In this document: positions 22,375 to 34,898 of the stretch, one piece after another
How positions within the stretch are numbered: the stretch's first letter is position 1
Layout: every line of letters begins with the position of its first letter
Source: Asterionella formosa
Lineage: Eukaryota
NCBI GenBank assembly: GCA_002256025.1
Contig: NKIB01012722.1
Location: forward strand, 1-64,000
DNA: 64,000 nt
Reading direction: 5' to 3'
Notes under the pieces: generated by a model
Told to the model about the DNA's origin: nothing
The model's database searches: none
What the model saw: only the letters and a program-made list of their open reading frames with translations
Program-made: the position numbers and the translations under genes

Positions 22375-25300
22375 TCACTCGCATTGGTTGTCAATGTCAA
22401 TGCCTAACTCGTCCGCAAGCTCCTCAAGTTCCATTTTCATATGTGCGATCTGCCGCAAACTTGCGATGGCATTTGCTTTGGTGGCCAGTGCTTTTGTTTC
22501 ACTTACAAGCACCAAGGCTACACGGATGAGCTTTTCCTTGTCACGCCCTCGATCAAGGCGCTTTGCCAGAAGGAGGCAGCTTTCAGCGCAAATAGCATCT
22601 GCCATTCTTCCATAGCATGCAGTTGCATTGTTTAAAACAAGCCCTAATCTGAGGTTTTCTTCTTCCAGTGCCCATTTCAGGTATTCATCGAATTCAGGAA
22701 TATCTGCATTCTGTTTTATGAAAAGATTGAAACATATCATAATGGGCTTGTAAATAGGAAGACTGAACGTATGGCCTCGATTTCCATAGTACTTTTCAAA
22801 TGGCAAACCAAAGTACTTCTCGTAAAGAGCTCGCCCCTCTGCAGCTAGTTCAAGTCCGTTGTCTTTCAAGATGAATATGACAGGGTAAAGCATGACAAAA
22901 GCGTTGTGGACATTTTGCAAATCCATATGTGGCATCAATTCATCAATGACATAGCGGCAAGTTTGCATCGCCTCTTCCGTTCTACCCAGGATAACAAGCC
23001 AAACTGCACTGCAACCGAAGCTTTGAGCACCGCGATCACTTCCGTACGATTGACACATCAGGGCGTGATGTTCTGCTGCCACATAAACTTCAGAAAGTCT
23101 ACTATGTGCCGCCAGCGCTTTGCTGAAGTCACCTAAACGCGCATACATCTCGCCCTGCATGGCTAGAGCTCGAGCAAAATGCACAGGATCGCCGTTGAGA
23201 TTAGTCTCTTCGACGAAACGAGCCACAAGTGTTCGTTCGTATGTGCATTCGTCGTCTTGTTTGATATGACCAAACTTTAGGGCAATATAAAGACCGCTGA
23301 AAATCGGAAATCCAACGGACCGATCCTTCAAGTCGAGGCTTGCTTTAGATTCTTTTAACACCTAAACATGTGCACATGAGTGAGCGCTGTAATATGATGT
23401 GAAATAACGAAAATGCGTAAAAACATACCTTGAGAGCAGCGTGATATGCCTGCACACTACCAGAAACATCGTAAATAGTTGCGAGACTCTTCCCCAGAGC
23501 AATGTACAATTTTATCAACCATTCGACGTCCTCGACACTGAGAATGTCAAACATACTTGGGCATGAATCTGCAACAACGTGAGGAAATAATCATTGAATA
23601 ACAATCTAGTCCCATCCATGATGCGTACCTTCATCGTTTTCCTCAAAAGAAGAAGGAAACGACCACATTCCGATCGCATCCCGCAATACCTGAATACTAT
23701 CATCGTATAAACCTAGATTAACAAAATCTTTCCAGGCGAGCAAGGCAACGAATGCTGTCTTCGGGAAGTTTCCGCATGCCCTCCAGTGATTAAAAAGCTT
23801 CGCTTTTGATAGAAAGTCGGTCGGTTCGGTACCTTGCCGCGATTCTAGAGTCAATGCTATCATCCGGTGTGTATCCCGTATTCGTGAATCAAGCATAACC
23901 TGCAATATTGATGATCGCCAACCTTTGTGACTGAAGGTATAGCATACATCAACATATTGCAAATTACCTTCCGAAAATGCTAAATCTGGCGATGGAGTTG
24001 TACTTTCTTGGTTGGGTTCGTCGAAGGTATCCTTGCCACCTCCCGTGTATTCCACGAATAGCACGCCTTCTTTTACTGCTATCGACAAAGCCTCGTGGAC
24101 TGTCGCGTGTAAGGAAAAATCGGTGCCCTTACTGTCATGAAAACGAAACAAAATTTCCGAGACGTCGATGAGAGTAAACGATTCTCCAAGGACTGCCCCC
24201 AGGTTGAGAGCATTGCGGACAGTGGCATCAAAAGAATCGAGGCGGTGTAGCAGAATATCTCCAAGCGAAGCATACTGGGCAGTCTGTACATGTGATTTGA
24301 CCATGATGTCAGATTCGTGGCCGCAGAAAGATTGAATGCGCACACAAAAAATGACTCACCTCTCTAAACATATAAAGACTGCTTCGCCTACCAATATCAA
24401 GATATCTTGCCACGCTCTGAATTATCTCGTTCGCGTACTGCGGTATCCCACCAGATTGAGTATATACTGCATGTAGCAGCCGATCGCCTTCTTTTCCTGG
24501 TTGCTTTCCCAGGGTTCTGACTATCATTGAATTGACATCATTCTCAGATAAGAGGCCGATTCGTATCGGGATAAAGCGACGGTCGTCAATATGGGTACTT
24601 TGCAAGATGGTCCAGAATTCTTTGTTGACGGCTCGACTAGTGATAGACCGCTCTCGTGATGTACAAATTATTAAGATGTTGGGTACTGTTTCAAAGAGCC
24701 GCCGGAGCACCTCCCAAGACATTTTGTCGGTTAAGTGTGCGTCGTCGAGGGCGACGATTGTCACGTCTGCATCACGAGTACACCTCTCAAAAGTCAAGGT
24801 CATTAAGGTCACCAGGTCCTGCACTGCACATGTTCCGCCCCTTGAGGCAAGCCTGCTATTGAGCCCGGATATTTGCGTGGGATTCAATCGTAAGAGATGA
24901 TTTCCAACTAGCTCGACAAACTCTTTTGGGGCGTTCAACTCTGAACAGATTCCATCAAAAGTTTCTACAATTTCACTCTTGGTTTCGCAGGTTTCAGAAG
25001 AAACAATAGAGCAACCATCTTTCCGAGTTGCATTTGACATGAAAGCGGAGCTGCTGCCACAAAACGAATTATCAGACTTGCCCATGGAACTTGTACTACT
25101 GACATTTTTGAGAGCATCAACCATGATCGATCGAAACGCACTGGATAAAATGTGATGATGAATTTTCCGTTTAGAAATGTAACCACCTTTTTCCAGTACA
25201 ATACACCTCTAAACCTACCTGAAAGGCATCGCTGCATCGCCACTTTTGCTCATGTGTGTGGTCAGCATCATGCGTTTTCTTGAAAAGATAGCCTCCTTTC

Positions 25301-27676
25301 TAATTTGATCGATTGCGCGAAAAACTAAAGTGGTTTTCCCTGTGCCATTTTGGCCCGACAAAAAAACAATTTTTGACTTAACGTTTGGCGCATTCCATAA
25401 TTCCTCTCCCAATTTTCCCAAAATAATTAATTCTTTCTCGCGACCTGTAAAGTTTGATGGCACACGAGCCAAACCTCTCGTAATTGCATCGAGCGGTTCA
25501 AAAATTGGAATAGGGTATGTATATCCTTTGGCATGCACTGACGGGAGCACAGCAAAGGTGTACTCCCGACCAGCGAGTGAACGAACCTTATCGTCGACAA
25601 GGATTCCTGAAAAGCAAACCAATACAAGAGTTTAGGGAGGTTAGCATTTATCTTCGTCAGACAAACAAGTTTTCTGCGTCAGACTCTCACCTGGGTTTAC
25701 AGGTGATGCCATCAAACGAGCCGCCAAATTCACTGAAGGTCCTATTGCGGCATACTCGTGTCTCGTTTTGCTGCCAACAATTCCGCAGTATACTTTACCG
25801 ATCGTGATTCCAATACGATTTTCAACCCCAAGTTCCTCGCGAATCGCATTGTGGATTATATTGGCTACTGGTAATGCGCGGTTTCCTACCATGTTCGGAA
25901 ATGTGCAGCCTCGTAATCCGAACGTAGCTATTAGAACTAAACCTGTGTTGGTGGAAGACCCGCATACAAACTGTGTCAAGAAGTCAAATATTTTCAGGCT
26001 TGTTCTGGTAAACTTGTCTGCTTACCTTTGTCGTCTACAATGTACTGACGCAAGTGACCCAGGAAGCGGTCAAGCTCCCTTACTGTTACCTTGAGAATAT
26101 CGTTGAGAAGTGCAAAAAGGATCGAATTTTTTTCTTCGTCGTCCGTCACCTTAATTGGAACCATAGGTTTTATGAACAGGACACATACATTCCGTAACTC
26201 GGCATCTTCCCATGTACGTGCTTGAGCCAACGAATTGACAAGCAGTCGCTCTTTCTCAACCGAGACGGGGTGAACGTATAGTGATAGCAACTGCAGGTAA
26301 CTTTCTAGTCTCCTATTATCCATCCATTCTATTTGGCGTGCTACTTCTGCGTTAAGAACATCGGCTCCTGTTTGATTTGCACACTGAAAACGGAAGCTCG
26401 CAGTGGGGGTGAACAATGCTGTGCCACGGGTAGCAATCACTCCAGGTTTTTTTTCCCGGAGACTTTGAGCAAGACTTTCGGTAAGCGCGCTTGAGCGGGA
26501 AAGCAGAACAAGACTTTCTATGGACGCTACTACTTCACCATGCACTGCGCAGCATTGTGCCTCTACCGCTTGATTAACCGGCTCACCTAGGACAATATGC
26601 TCTCGTCGTAGATCATTTCCAACTTGCAAAGCAAACAGCTTCCCGGTGCCAATCCCGCACCGTATGTTGAGCAGGGCAACCTGCGATCGTGGGGTAGACA
26701 TCCCAGCCACTGTGTTTTTTAACACAGGATAATCTGAGCATACAGCAACCACCTTTGCTCCGCAAATCGCAGCTACGGTCACGCAATCCTCTACAGTTCG
26801 AAGCGAATTTTCGACGTGATCAGACAATGAAACACTCCATTTGGCAAACACGGCGTCTCCAGCAAATTTCAACACGTCGCCGCCATGACTAGATATCTCT
26901 CCAACAATAAGGTGAAAGTACTCGTTGATAGCCTATGAGCAAAGTGTGAGTATACCATGTTTGTCACCTGCACAGGGCAATTAATCGCAAGAATTCGTTA
27001 CCTTAGAAAAGGACTCAGTATCCAGTTGAGTCGCCAGCTTTGTAAATCCAGATATGTCGACGAACAACATAGCGCATTGGTGGCTTGACGTGTACGGCAA
27101 ATTGGGTTCATTATCGAATTTATGAGAGGAATTCCCAGTATCTCCTCTGTTAACGAGCATAAATGAGGCACCGTGGTTTGCACCTACTCTATCCCTCTGG
27201 TTGCCAGCATTGTCGAGTGTCCCCACATTTTCGAAACTTGTGACATCGACCATACAGATTTCATTTTCTTGAGCTCCTGTTTTCAATTCTCTATTTTTGA
27301 TTGACATCCATTGGTCATCTCCCGGCCACCCTTCCGAAATATTGCTAACAGAAGAATGTGAACAATTGTCCTCCTCTACTTCAACGCTTTTCGATAATTC
27401 AAATAATTTGCTCGGTCTTCGTCTTCTGACTCCGGCACTGGTGAATGAAGAGGACTCCTCGACCAATGATTTGAGGACCCACAGCGGCACTTGTCGAGCG
27501 AGATTCTTGATGGAAGCGACAAGTAGGCCTCGCGCTTCCGAGTTCTCTATGCAGGAATGTAATGCTCCGTGTGAATGTGGAACGCTGGAAAGGCTCTTCC
27601 GTCTAGTAGCAACAACATGATCCAAAGGATCATTCCCGTAAGAAGTCCGATCTTTGGATGCCATGGTCGACGACAT
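22375..27676 (-). CDS. ADCY10/sAC-like soluble nucleotidyl cyclase with two class III domains, an AAA/STAND P-loop domain and a helical TPR-like C-terminus; multi-exon
   Basis: LFVDISGFTKL, GGDVLKFAGDA, YIVDDKG, GPSVNLAARLM, Walker A GQNGTGKT, Walker B VALDDAH and SGGIP. The ORF pieces are separated by GT-AG introns. Confidence 0.85.
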
Positions 27677-28406
27677 ATTACGGATATTTTATACAGCAGT
27701 AAGGCCAAGAACTTCTGATTTGCAGTTTTGCTATAGCTAGCTATTGAGTACAAACCATCAGGGCGGGGTTTCACACCAGTTTCCCCTTGGTGGTTGACGA
27801 TGATGGTTTATTTTTAAGAGGTTGTTTGTATTCTCGTGTCGAACGACATCCATACTGACGGCAACAAATATACGCGTGCGCTGTTAGACAGTGGTTTCAC
27901 CGTTTAATTCCTACGCGTATGAGTATTTTCATCAGAACGGCATGATACCAGTATTTGTTTCAAGTCCTACAGATATGCACATAAATACAATATCATAGGC
28001 CCTTCTACAAAGATTACATGTGGTGATTCTTATTCTTACTCTCAACGTAGAGACTTACTCCTCGATATACAGCCAGTGTGGTATGTAAATGTCAACAGGC
28101 AGTCATTAGACGAAACGTCCCTTCCCATTCAGGTTGCTTCACTTGACAACCTGGTACCAGGTACCAGTCCCATGGTAACGGTACGGGTACGTTGGGGTTA
28201 GGGGAAACGAAAGAATTCGGTAATACATGGCGCTCCATACTGAAACAAGTTAAAACGTGTGGAGACGGAACCTCCGAAGTACGAAACGACCAAACGTACC
28301 AGTAGTACAAAAATTGTATTTGATCTAAAATCGACCTCGCATCATCTTTTTCAAAAAGTACGCGAAGTTCGCTGACGCAAAAGACCCCCCCTCAAAAGAT
28401 CATGAA

Positions 28407-28489
28407 AAACCCGGAGACGAACGCAGAAAAAGACCGCATCCGGGATTTTATTGTTCTTCTGCGGTCTTTTCGCGTTCTTCTCCGGGTTT
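28407..28489. repeat. GC-rich hairpin with arms of about 30 bp and a 21-nt loop
   Basis: AAACCCGGAGACGAACGCAGAAAAAGACCGCA pairs with TGCGGTCTTTTCGCGTTCTTCTCCGGGTTT. Confidence 0.8.
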
Positions 28490-29504
28490 GGAGGTCCTTA
28501 AAAGGTCTTGGGTTATCTCTATGTACAGACAATCGAAGTATCGTCGACACAATTCACGTCTCGTCCGTTTCGTCTTTCTCAATGTTAGTCCGTGTAGTTG
28601 GTTTGTAGGTAACATGGTAAGATGCTGGAATATACTAAATCGGTCAATAGAATTAGTAAGCAAAATATAAAACACCTGTTGACACAATCACGACGACACC
28701 ATATGCCGCCGGACACAGAGAAACTATTTACCAAATAATATTCTACTATTGTGTGCTATATAATTTATTTCATTCCCTGTTGGTTTTACTGTTGTCTGGT
28801 ACCAGGTACCAGATACCAGCCAGGTAGCTGTTGGCTGCCCGGTATAAATCCATGCATGGGTTGTTCAACATACATACGTATTGGTCATACATATTTCCAC
28901 CATATTGTGCCTGTTCACTATTGAATGACTTTGCTTAACTGGGGCACGTTGTAATATTTCTCTGCTAAGAATTAAAGGATGGCGAGCCAGCAAAACTGCT
29001 AAATAGAAATAGTATAAATGGATTTTGAATTCGGTACTATTAAGTGAATGTGTCCAGTTCCCGAAATCCGGGTTCAAATCCGGATCCCATATCCGGTGTC
29101 TGCGCTTGGCAATGCTTTAGACTGCTTCTCTGGTGAACAGTATTCAAAGAATCATGTGCTTAACCCCAGCACTCAGCATTCACTGATGATAACCTTGCAT
29201 GGTTGCTATCTTTCTCATCCCTTGCCTTAGCAGCCCATTCTTGGTTTTTCGATTCAACTCTAAAGCTAAACTTAGTAAAAGTCGCATTGTTGCTATTTTA
29301 ATATCTCATTTGATTCATGTCGCACAGTTTGTTTAGTCTGGTGCTCGCCTGGTTTAACAACTCAATCGCCTCCATCCACCATGTCCATAAAATAAGATCA
29401 TATCATAGGTACCACAGAGTACATGGACTACTGGCAACAAACCCATTCAGGTATCACCTTTGACCCACTTTTTAGATTGTGTACCAATATAATTGAGAGT
29501 TGCT

Positions 29505-30075
29505 GCGAGTTGCGGTTATTTTCCTGAAATGAACAATTTGTTGCCAGACAGGGGTTTATTTAATCTTTTATTTAAAAAGTCTTTTATTCATAGCACGATT
29601 CAGCGAAAAAATAGCAGAACTATTCTAATTGCGAAAACGAGAGCACACACAGCATATGACTATGACTTTCAGGAAGTTCCTGTGACTTAGCTACAGGAAA
29701 TGCCTATGATAATCACAAAACGTAAGGAAATGTCAGCAAATTTCAGGAAATATAGTGATGGTACCAGTACTTTTAATCCAGAACGAAGGATGGGTGGTTT
29801 TTCACTTTGGCCAGAAAAGCCCAATTTTGGAGACTTCAGGAAATTGCATGCATTTCATAAAATTTGCTGACATTTCCTTACGTTTCCTAAAATCTCCTGA
29901 AATTCTAGTGATTTCCTCAAAGTCAAAGTCATATGCTGTGCATTCTCTCGTCTTTGCAACTAGAATAGTTCTGTTATTTATTTCGCTGAATCGTGCTATG
30001 AATAGAAGAGGTTCTTTATACAACCACCTGTTGGGTGACACATTGTCCATTTCAGAAAATTTACCGCAACTTGCT
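29505..30075. mobile_element. Foldback/MITE-like element with degenerate inverted arms of about 240 bp
   Basis: 29505-29752 is the reverse complement of about 29850-30075, for example TATTCATAGCACGATTCAGCGAAA / TTTCGCTGAATCGTGCTATGAATA and AAACGTAAGGAAATGTCAGCAAATTT / AAATTTGCTGACATTTCCTTACGTTT. Confidence 0.75.
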
Positions 30076-30433
30076 GGTACTGCTGGCCAATTCTCAAAAG
30101 CTCGAAATCGTTTTTATCACAAAATGAGTAACACATCTAAGACGCTGTATACACCACATTTTCGATTTTATTTATAAAGTGACTTATCTTTTTTAGTTTT
30201 AAAAAATAAAAGGGCACTTCTTTAGGAATGTTTTTGGTTCCAACAATAATTTTAGTGTTCTGAAACAAAATTTATTTCAATTATCGAATTACTACGTGCG
30301 TTTGAAACATTTTTTGACCAACTAACCATCGTGACAGTGTAATGGCGAAATTTTGATGCTCAGTTGCCACATTATGCTTGTCTTAACACATAATTATATT
30401 AAAAATACCTACTTTCTATTCAATTTTTTTGCT

Positions 30434-30790
30434 GGGGAATGACTCAGTTGGTTGGGCACATTGCCTTTGATTCGAAGTTGTGTGGTTCCATTCCCGCAAT
30501 ATGTTTTAAGAAGGAATTGTTGAGTTCGACTCCCACATTCCTCACCATCCGCGTGGTCTTGCCTGCTAAGCAGGAAAAAGTGGGTAGCCCCCTACAAGCA
30601 GTGTTCCTACTTTCTAGGCAGTCGGAGTTTCACCTAACTCTGTGGCTAAGATGATCACCTTTTGCGAAAGATGGTTCTGACTCACCTACTACGCTAACAA
30701 AAATTGGGAAGCACAGGTCTTGTCGGCAGGCAGCACGATGATTACTTGCCTTGAAAAAGGGGAGTAGGAATGAGCCAGCTTTATAACAGA
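30434..30790 (+). other. Possible second tRNA-headed (Pol III) SINE or ncRNA
   Basis: Starts GGGGAATGACTCAGTTGGTT, like the SINE head GGGGAATGGCTTAGTGGTT. B-box-like GGTTCCATTCC and GAGTTCGACTCCC follow. No second copy or TSD was seen. Confidence 0.35.
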
Positions 30791-31129
30791 TTGTCATTTT
30801 ATCTATGTTGTGTTGGACATATTTACCAGATAGCATAGCGTCGTTTTCATTTTCCATGGAAAAATTTCGTTATTTTTGACATGGTCAAGGTAGAGACGGC
30901 ATGATGCAGGATTCTCCAGCAGTGCACAAGAACTACACTCTAGCGTTTTAGTATGTGCTGAAAAAAATCGCAACATCTAAGCTAATTATATACTGGCTTC
31001 TATAAAGGCTACCTCGGGTACCAGTTACCCTGAAAATATATACCGGTATGTGATATATTATATATTTATACATTGCAAATAGTAGACAAAATTGAAGTGT
31101 TTGGGATTGGTGTTCTTGCTGGCAAAGAA

Positions 31130-31567
31130 GCTTGTTACTATTGGGGGGGGGGCACTTATCAGTTGACAGTCGAAGGGACAACAAATGGTTACGCTGTCCA
31201 GCACGGAAGCCGAGTATGTGGCGATGTCCCAGTGTGGACAAGAGATCAAGTTCATAGCAATGCTACTGAATGAGGTTACTGTTGGTAAGGTCATGTTACC
31301 AAGTATCCTACGAGAAGACAATATAGGAGCTATTTTTATCGCGAAGAATCAGCAAATCGGAACCAGGACAAAACACATTGATATTAAGAATCATCATGTA
31401 AAGGAAATGATTGAGGATTAAGAATTGGAAGTCATTTTTATAAGGTTGGAAGATAATTTTGCGGACATATTGACTAAGAATGTGAAGGAACAGATTCATA
31501 CGAGATTGTCCGAACCAGTTCAGAGTGGAACAATGTTACAGCCTCTTGAGCATGACAATGGGGAGGA
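31130..31567 (+). mobile_element. 3' end of a Ty1/Copia element: decayed RNase H plus polypurine tract
   Basis: GALIS*QSKGQQMVTLSSTEAEY...EDNIGAI...RTKHIDIK...ADILTK, with internal stops. The PPT GGGGAGGA lies immediately before the LTR. Confidence 0.9.
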
Positions 31568-31968
31568 TGTCAAGAATATTAGCTTGAGTCACAAGGATTG
31601 TGGATAATCGAACGAGTCGAATAATGCATTGCCACGTCAATCAGCTGTCTAACAAGATCAAAGATTGAACATTTCTATGGAAATGTTAAGTGGAAACTCG
31701 AAGAGAGTCTTAGAACGACTTTGCAGGAAGCAAAGATGCATGGAAAGGAAACATTTAGTTAAGCTTATAATTTAATTTGAGTTTTAGATTATCAACCAAG
31801 GAAACAGTGTGTTAATTGACAGGAAGGTCAATTAGTCTATCTAGCTGGAACAAGGCTAGAAGCAGAGACAAGAGATAAAGTAAGTGGTACTAGGTAGTAC
31901 TACGATCACGTAAGAGTCTACGTGAAGAGAGACCCAGCCCGCGGGAAGGAGTACGGACCATTTCAACA
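31568..31968 (+). mobile_element. Copia 3' LTR (about 400 bp)
   Basis: Runs TGTCAAGAAT...ATTTCAACA directly after the PPT. A near-identical inverted copy lies at 36155-36560. Confidence 0.9.
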
Positions 31969-32055
31969 TACGTGGTACTAATACCAGTCTACTACGCACG
32001 TAATCCCCAAAGCTGGTCTCTCTCGAGAACAACAATTTTTATTGTCAATGGAATA

Positions 32056-32565
32056 ATGACGAAACGAACCATCTTTGTTACCGTGGGAACAACTCGCTTC
32101 GACAAGTTGATCAAATGTGTGACTCGCCCGACAGCATTAAGCTGGATGAGGGCGAACGGGTACACCGATCTGGTAATCCAGTACGGTAAAGGAATTAAAC
32201 CAGAAATACCGAACGCCAGTCCTATCGCCATTCGTAGCTACAGCTTTCAGTCGTCCCTTGACGACGATATGAAGGCGGCTGATTTAATCATCAGTCATGC
32301 TGGAGCTGGGACTGTTATGGAAGCTCTGAGAATGCGAAAGAGACTTGTGGTTGTCATAAACACTCTTCTAATGGATAATCACCAAGCCGAGCTTGCGCAT
32401 GCCATGGCGAAACGCGGAAACTTATCCGTGGTCGAAGAGCCTGTCGATTTGGAACACATCGAGACATGGAACGACTTTGATGCCTTTGTCCCTATTCCGC
32501 ATGAAGGAGGTAACGCTGGAGACTTTAGCTCATTGCTCAATGCACATATGGGGATAATAGTGTAA
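32056..32565 (+). CDS. ALG13: UDP-GlcNAc transferase subunit ALG13
   Basis: IFVTVGTTRFD, LVIQYG, ADLIISHAGAGT and LMDNHQAELA. Confidence 0.93.
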   Translation: MTKRTIFVTVGTTRFDKLIKCVTRPTALSWMRANGYTDLVIQYGKGIKPEIPNASPIAIRSYSFQSSLDDDMKAADLIISHAGAGTVMEALRMRKRLVVVINTLLMDNHQAELAHAMAKRGNLSVVEEPVDLEHIETWNDFDAFVPIPHEGGNAGDFSSLLNAHMGIIV

Positions 32566-32594
32566 TTATTTCATTGTTAAAAAAATAACTCCAA

Positions 32595-33263
32595 TTACTC
32601 AGCCTTCTTCTTGGTTTTAGAAGCACGAGCAGCTACACGCTTCGACTCGACTTCCCAGCGATCTCGTCTCTTCTGCCCCAAGGTCTTCTTTTGGATTTGT
32701 GGACGCTCAATCACCTTTTGGAGCCTTTCCACGACTTCCATCATTCTGGCCAAGTCTTCGTCGTACTCGGTGTGGAACTTGTTATAGGCCGCGAGCCACT
32801 CTGGTTCAAGGTTTGCAGCCTCAACTTCCTCTCTACTCAAATGGCGGATCGATGCCCACTTGTTGGAAATGTCATTAATCTCGAGCTGTGTCGCGCTCAT
32901 CTCCTCTTCCGCCATCTTGGGGTGCAGGCGGGTGTTGAATCGGGAATTCACATTGGTATTGACTCCTAAAATTGAAAAAAGCAAGGATAGATTAGTTCAA
33001 AGCGTTCCCGCAGATGACCAAGATTATGCAATCCTTTCAACTACCCGATCAATGCTGAGAAGTTGGCACCAGAAATCGGAAAGCTCGGTTTTCGTTGCTG
33101 TTCTTCGCTAGAGGTGGAAGAACGAACACGTGCCCATTGACCTTTGATCAGGAGAGTTTCCTCCTCGTTCCTTCACTCTACCTCGCTGCGACATCGATTG
33201 GGCTCACTTACCGAAGGCAGAGACTCCGACGAGCAAGGAGGTGAAGACGACGGCGACCTTCAT
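32595..33263 (-). CDS. Small plastid-targeted hypothetical protein; exon 1 at 33212-33263, intron at 32966-33211
   Basis: Exon 1 (MKVAVVFTSLLVGVSAF) splices GTAAG..TTTAG in frame to GVNTNVNSRFNTRLH...; the C-terminus is basic. Confidence 0.75.
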
Positions 33264-33781
33264 GTTGAAATTGAATGATGGCAGAGTGATGCGATGGTGT
33301 TGGGTACCAGGGGGGTATCAGGTGGTACGGAACTACCATCACTTGGTCATGGTAGACTGTAGGTGAGGACAATAACAGTTTGCTTTTCCAACGGATCCGA
33401 TTCCCAAATGGGTAGATCGTATGCATACGCGTGGTAGGACTTGTGGAATCCACCTTATTGATGTCTCCACCACCGCACAGGGTATGTGGAAGTCGAAAAT
33501 CGGGTTCCGGTCGGACTGACGTTCTCCTCCACGTGCATCACGAACGAGCGAGCCAAATACCGGTGGTACGTATTCTTGTATGTACGGACTGACGGGTATA
33601 CCGGTATGTATTGTCCCTTTCTCGGTGTATACCGTTTACTACGGGTAGCTACGTAACTGCTCACCTCCCATGGACCACACACATGATTTATTTCTTTACA
33701 TCACGCACATGTGCTCTTCCCTACTGGTACGGTACTTGCATCGCCTCGCCGCATCACTCAACCCATAACAAGGCTTCCACC

Positions 33782-34605
33782 ATGCGTGTCGTTTTCCTCA
33801 TTTGCGCCCTTGTTGCTGGGGCTTCCGCATTTGGTATGTAGCAGTGAATGTATTTATCTTATAGGTCGATCATTGAGCGTGGTGTGACATATAGAACTGC
33901 GGCTGCTGCTGACAAACATGGTCTGAACGACATCAACGAAGGTTGATGTTGTGCGAGGGGACGACGGACGTACTACCCCCAGCCATCAACGTTTTTTCAT
34001 TCCTTCCCTTCATTGGCTCTTGCGACGGGCCGCGGTCTTGGCCAACCATCACGCCACAGTTGATGAGACCTGTCTGCGGATACATCTATCCAATCCTCCG
34101 GAGGCCCTGTCAACCGTAATCTCACTCTCGCACTTCTTCGTTCTGTATTCCACCTCATGCAGTCACCAGCGGCCCAGGCGCCTTTGTTGGAAAGCCCATG
34201 ACTACATTTGAACCCGCGTCCCGGAGTGTCACCACTGGGTCGTCCCTTATGATGTCCAGCCACCGCCACGGATTCAACAAGCTGTCCAAGCCTGCTGATC
34301 AGCGCAAGGCGTTATTGCGCGCCCTCACCACGGAAGTCATCAGACACGGACGTATCAAGACAACTCTTATCCGTGCCAGAGCCGTCCGAAAGCACGTGGA
34401 TCATATGATTGAACTTGGAAAGAGAGGGGATTTGCACGCACGTCGTCAGGCTATTGCGTGGATCTATGATAAGCAATTGGTTCACTCTCTCTTTGACGCC
34501 GCCCCTGATCGATATGCCGACCGCAAGGGGGGATATACTCGTGTTTTGAGAACTGTGGCTCGTCAAGGTGATAATGCAAAGATGGCTATTATTGAGCTAG
34601 TTTAA
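33782..34605 (+). CDS. rpl17: Nucleus-encoded plastid 50S ribosomal protein L17; intron at 33834-34162
   Basis: Exon 1 is [17 protein letters not shown]. The mature part reads [20 protein letters not shown]...GRIKTT...GGYTRV...[14 protein letters not shown]. Confidence 0.93.
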
Positions 34606-34898
34606 GCCCTCCAAATTACACGAAGAAATCATTTAATTTTATGCATTTACTTCCGCTTGGAGTGGTCATGTTTTATTCTCGTTCGTGTTCGGAAAGTTCC
34701 ATGGGTTAGTCAATGCAGTTGGATAGGCGCCGCTTTGTTTATAGTGTGGCGCTGCCAGAGATTCACGCTGTGTTAACTTGCTATCTGCATACCCCGTTGG
34801 CCCATGCTGGCTGCTTAATGGAAAGCGTGGCCCCCAGGTACACTTCGTTCTCCTGGGCTAGCAATAAGCGCTAAGCACCATATTATGCTTTCTTGGGC

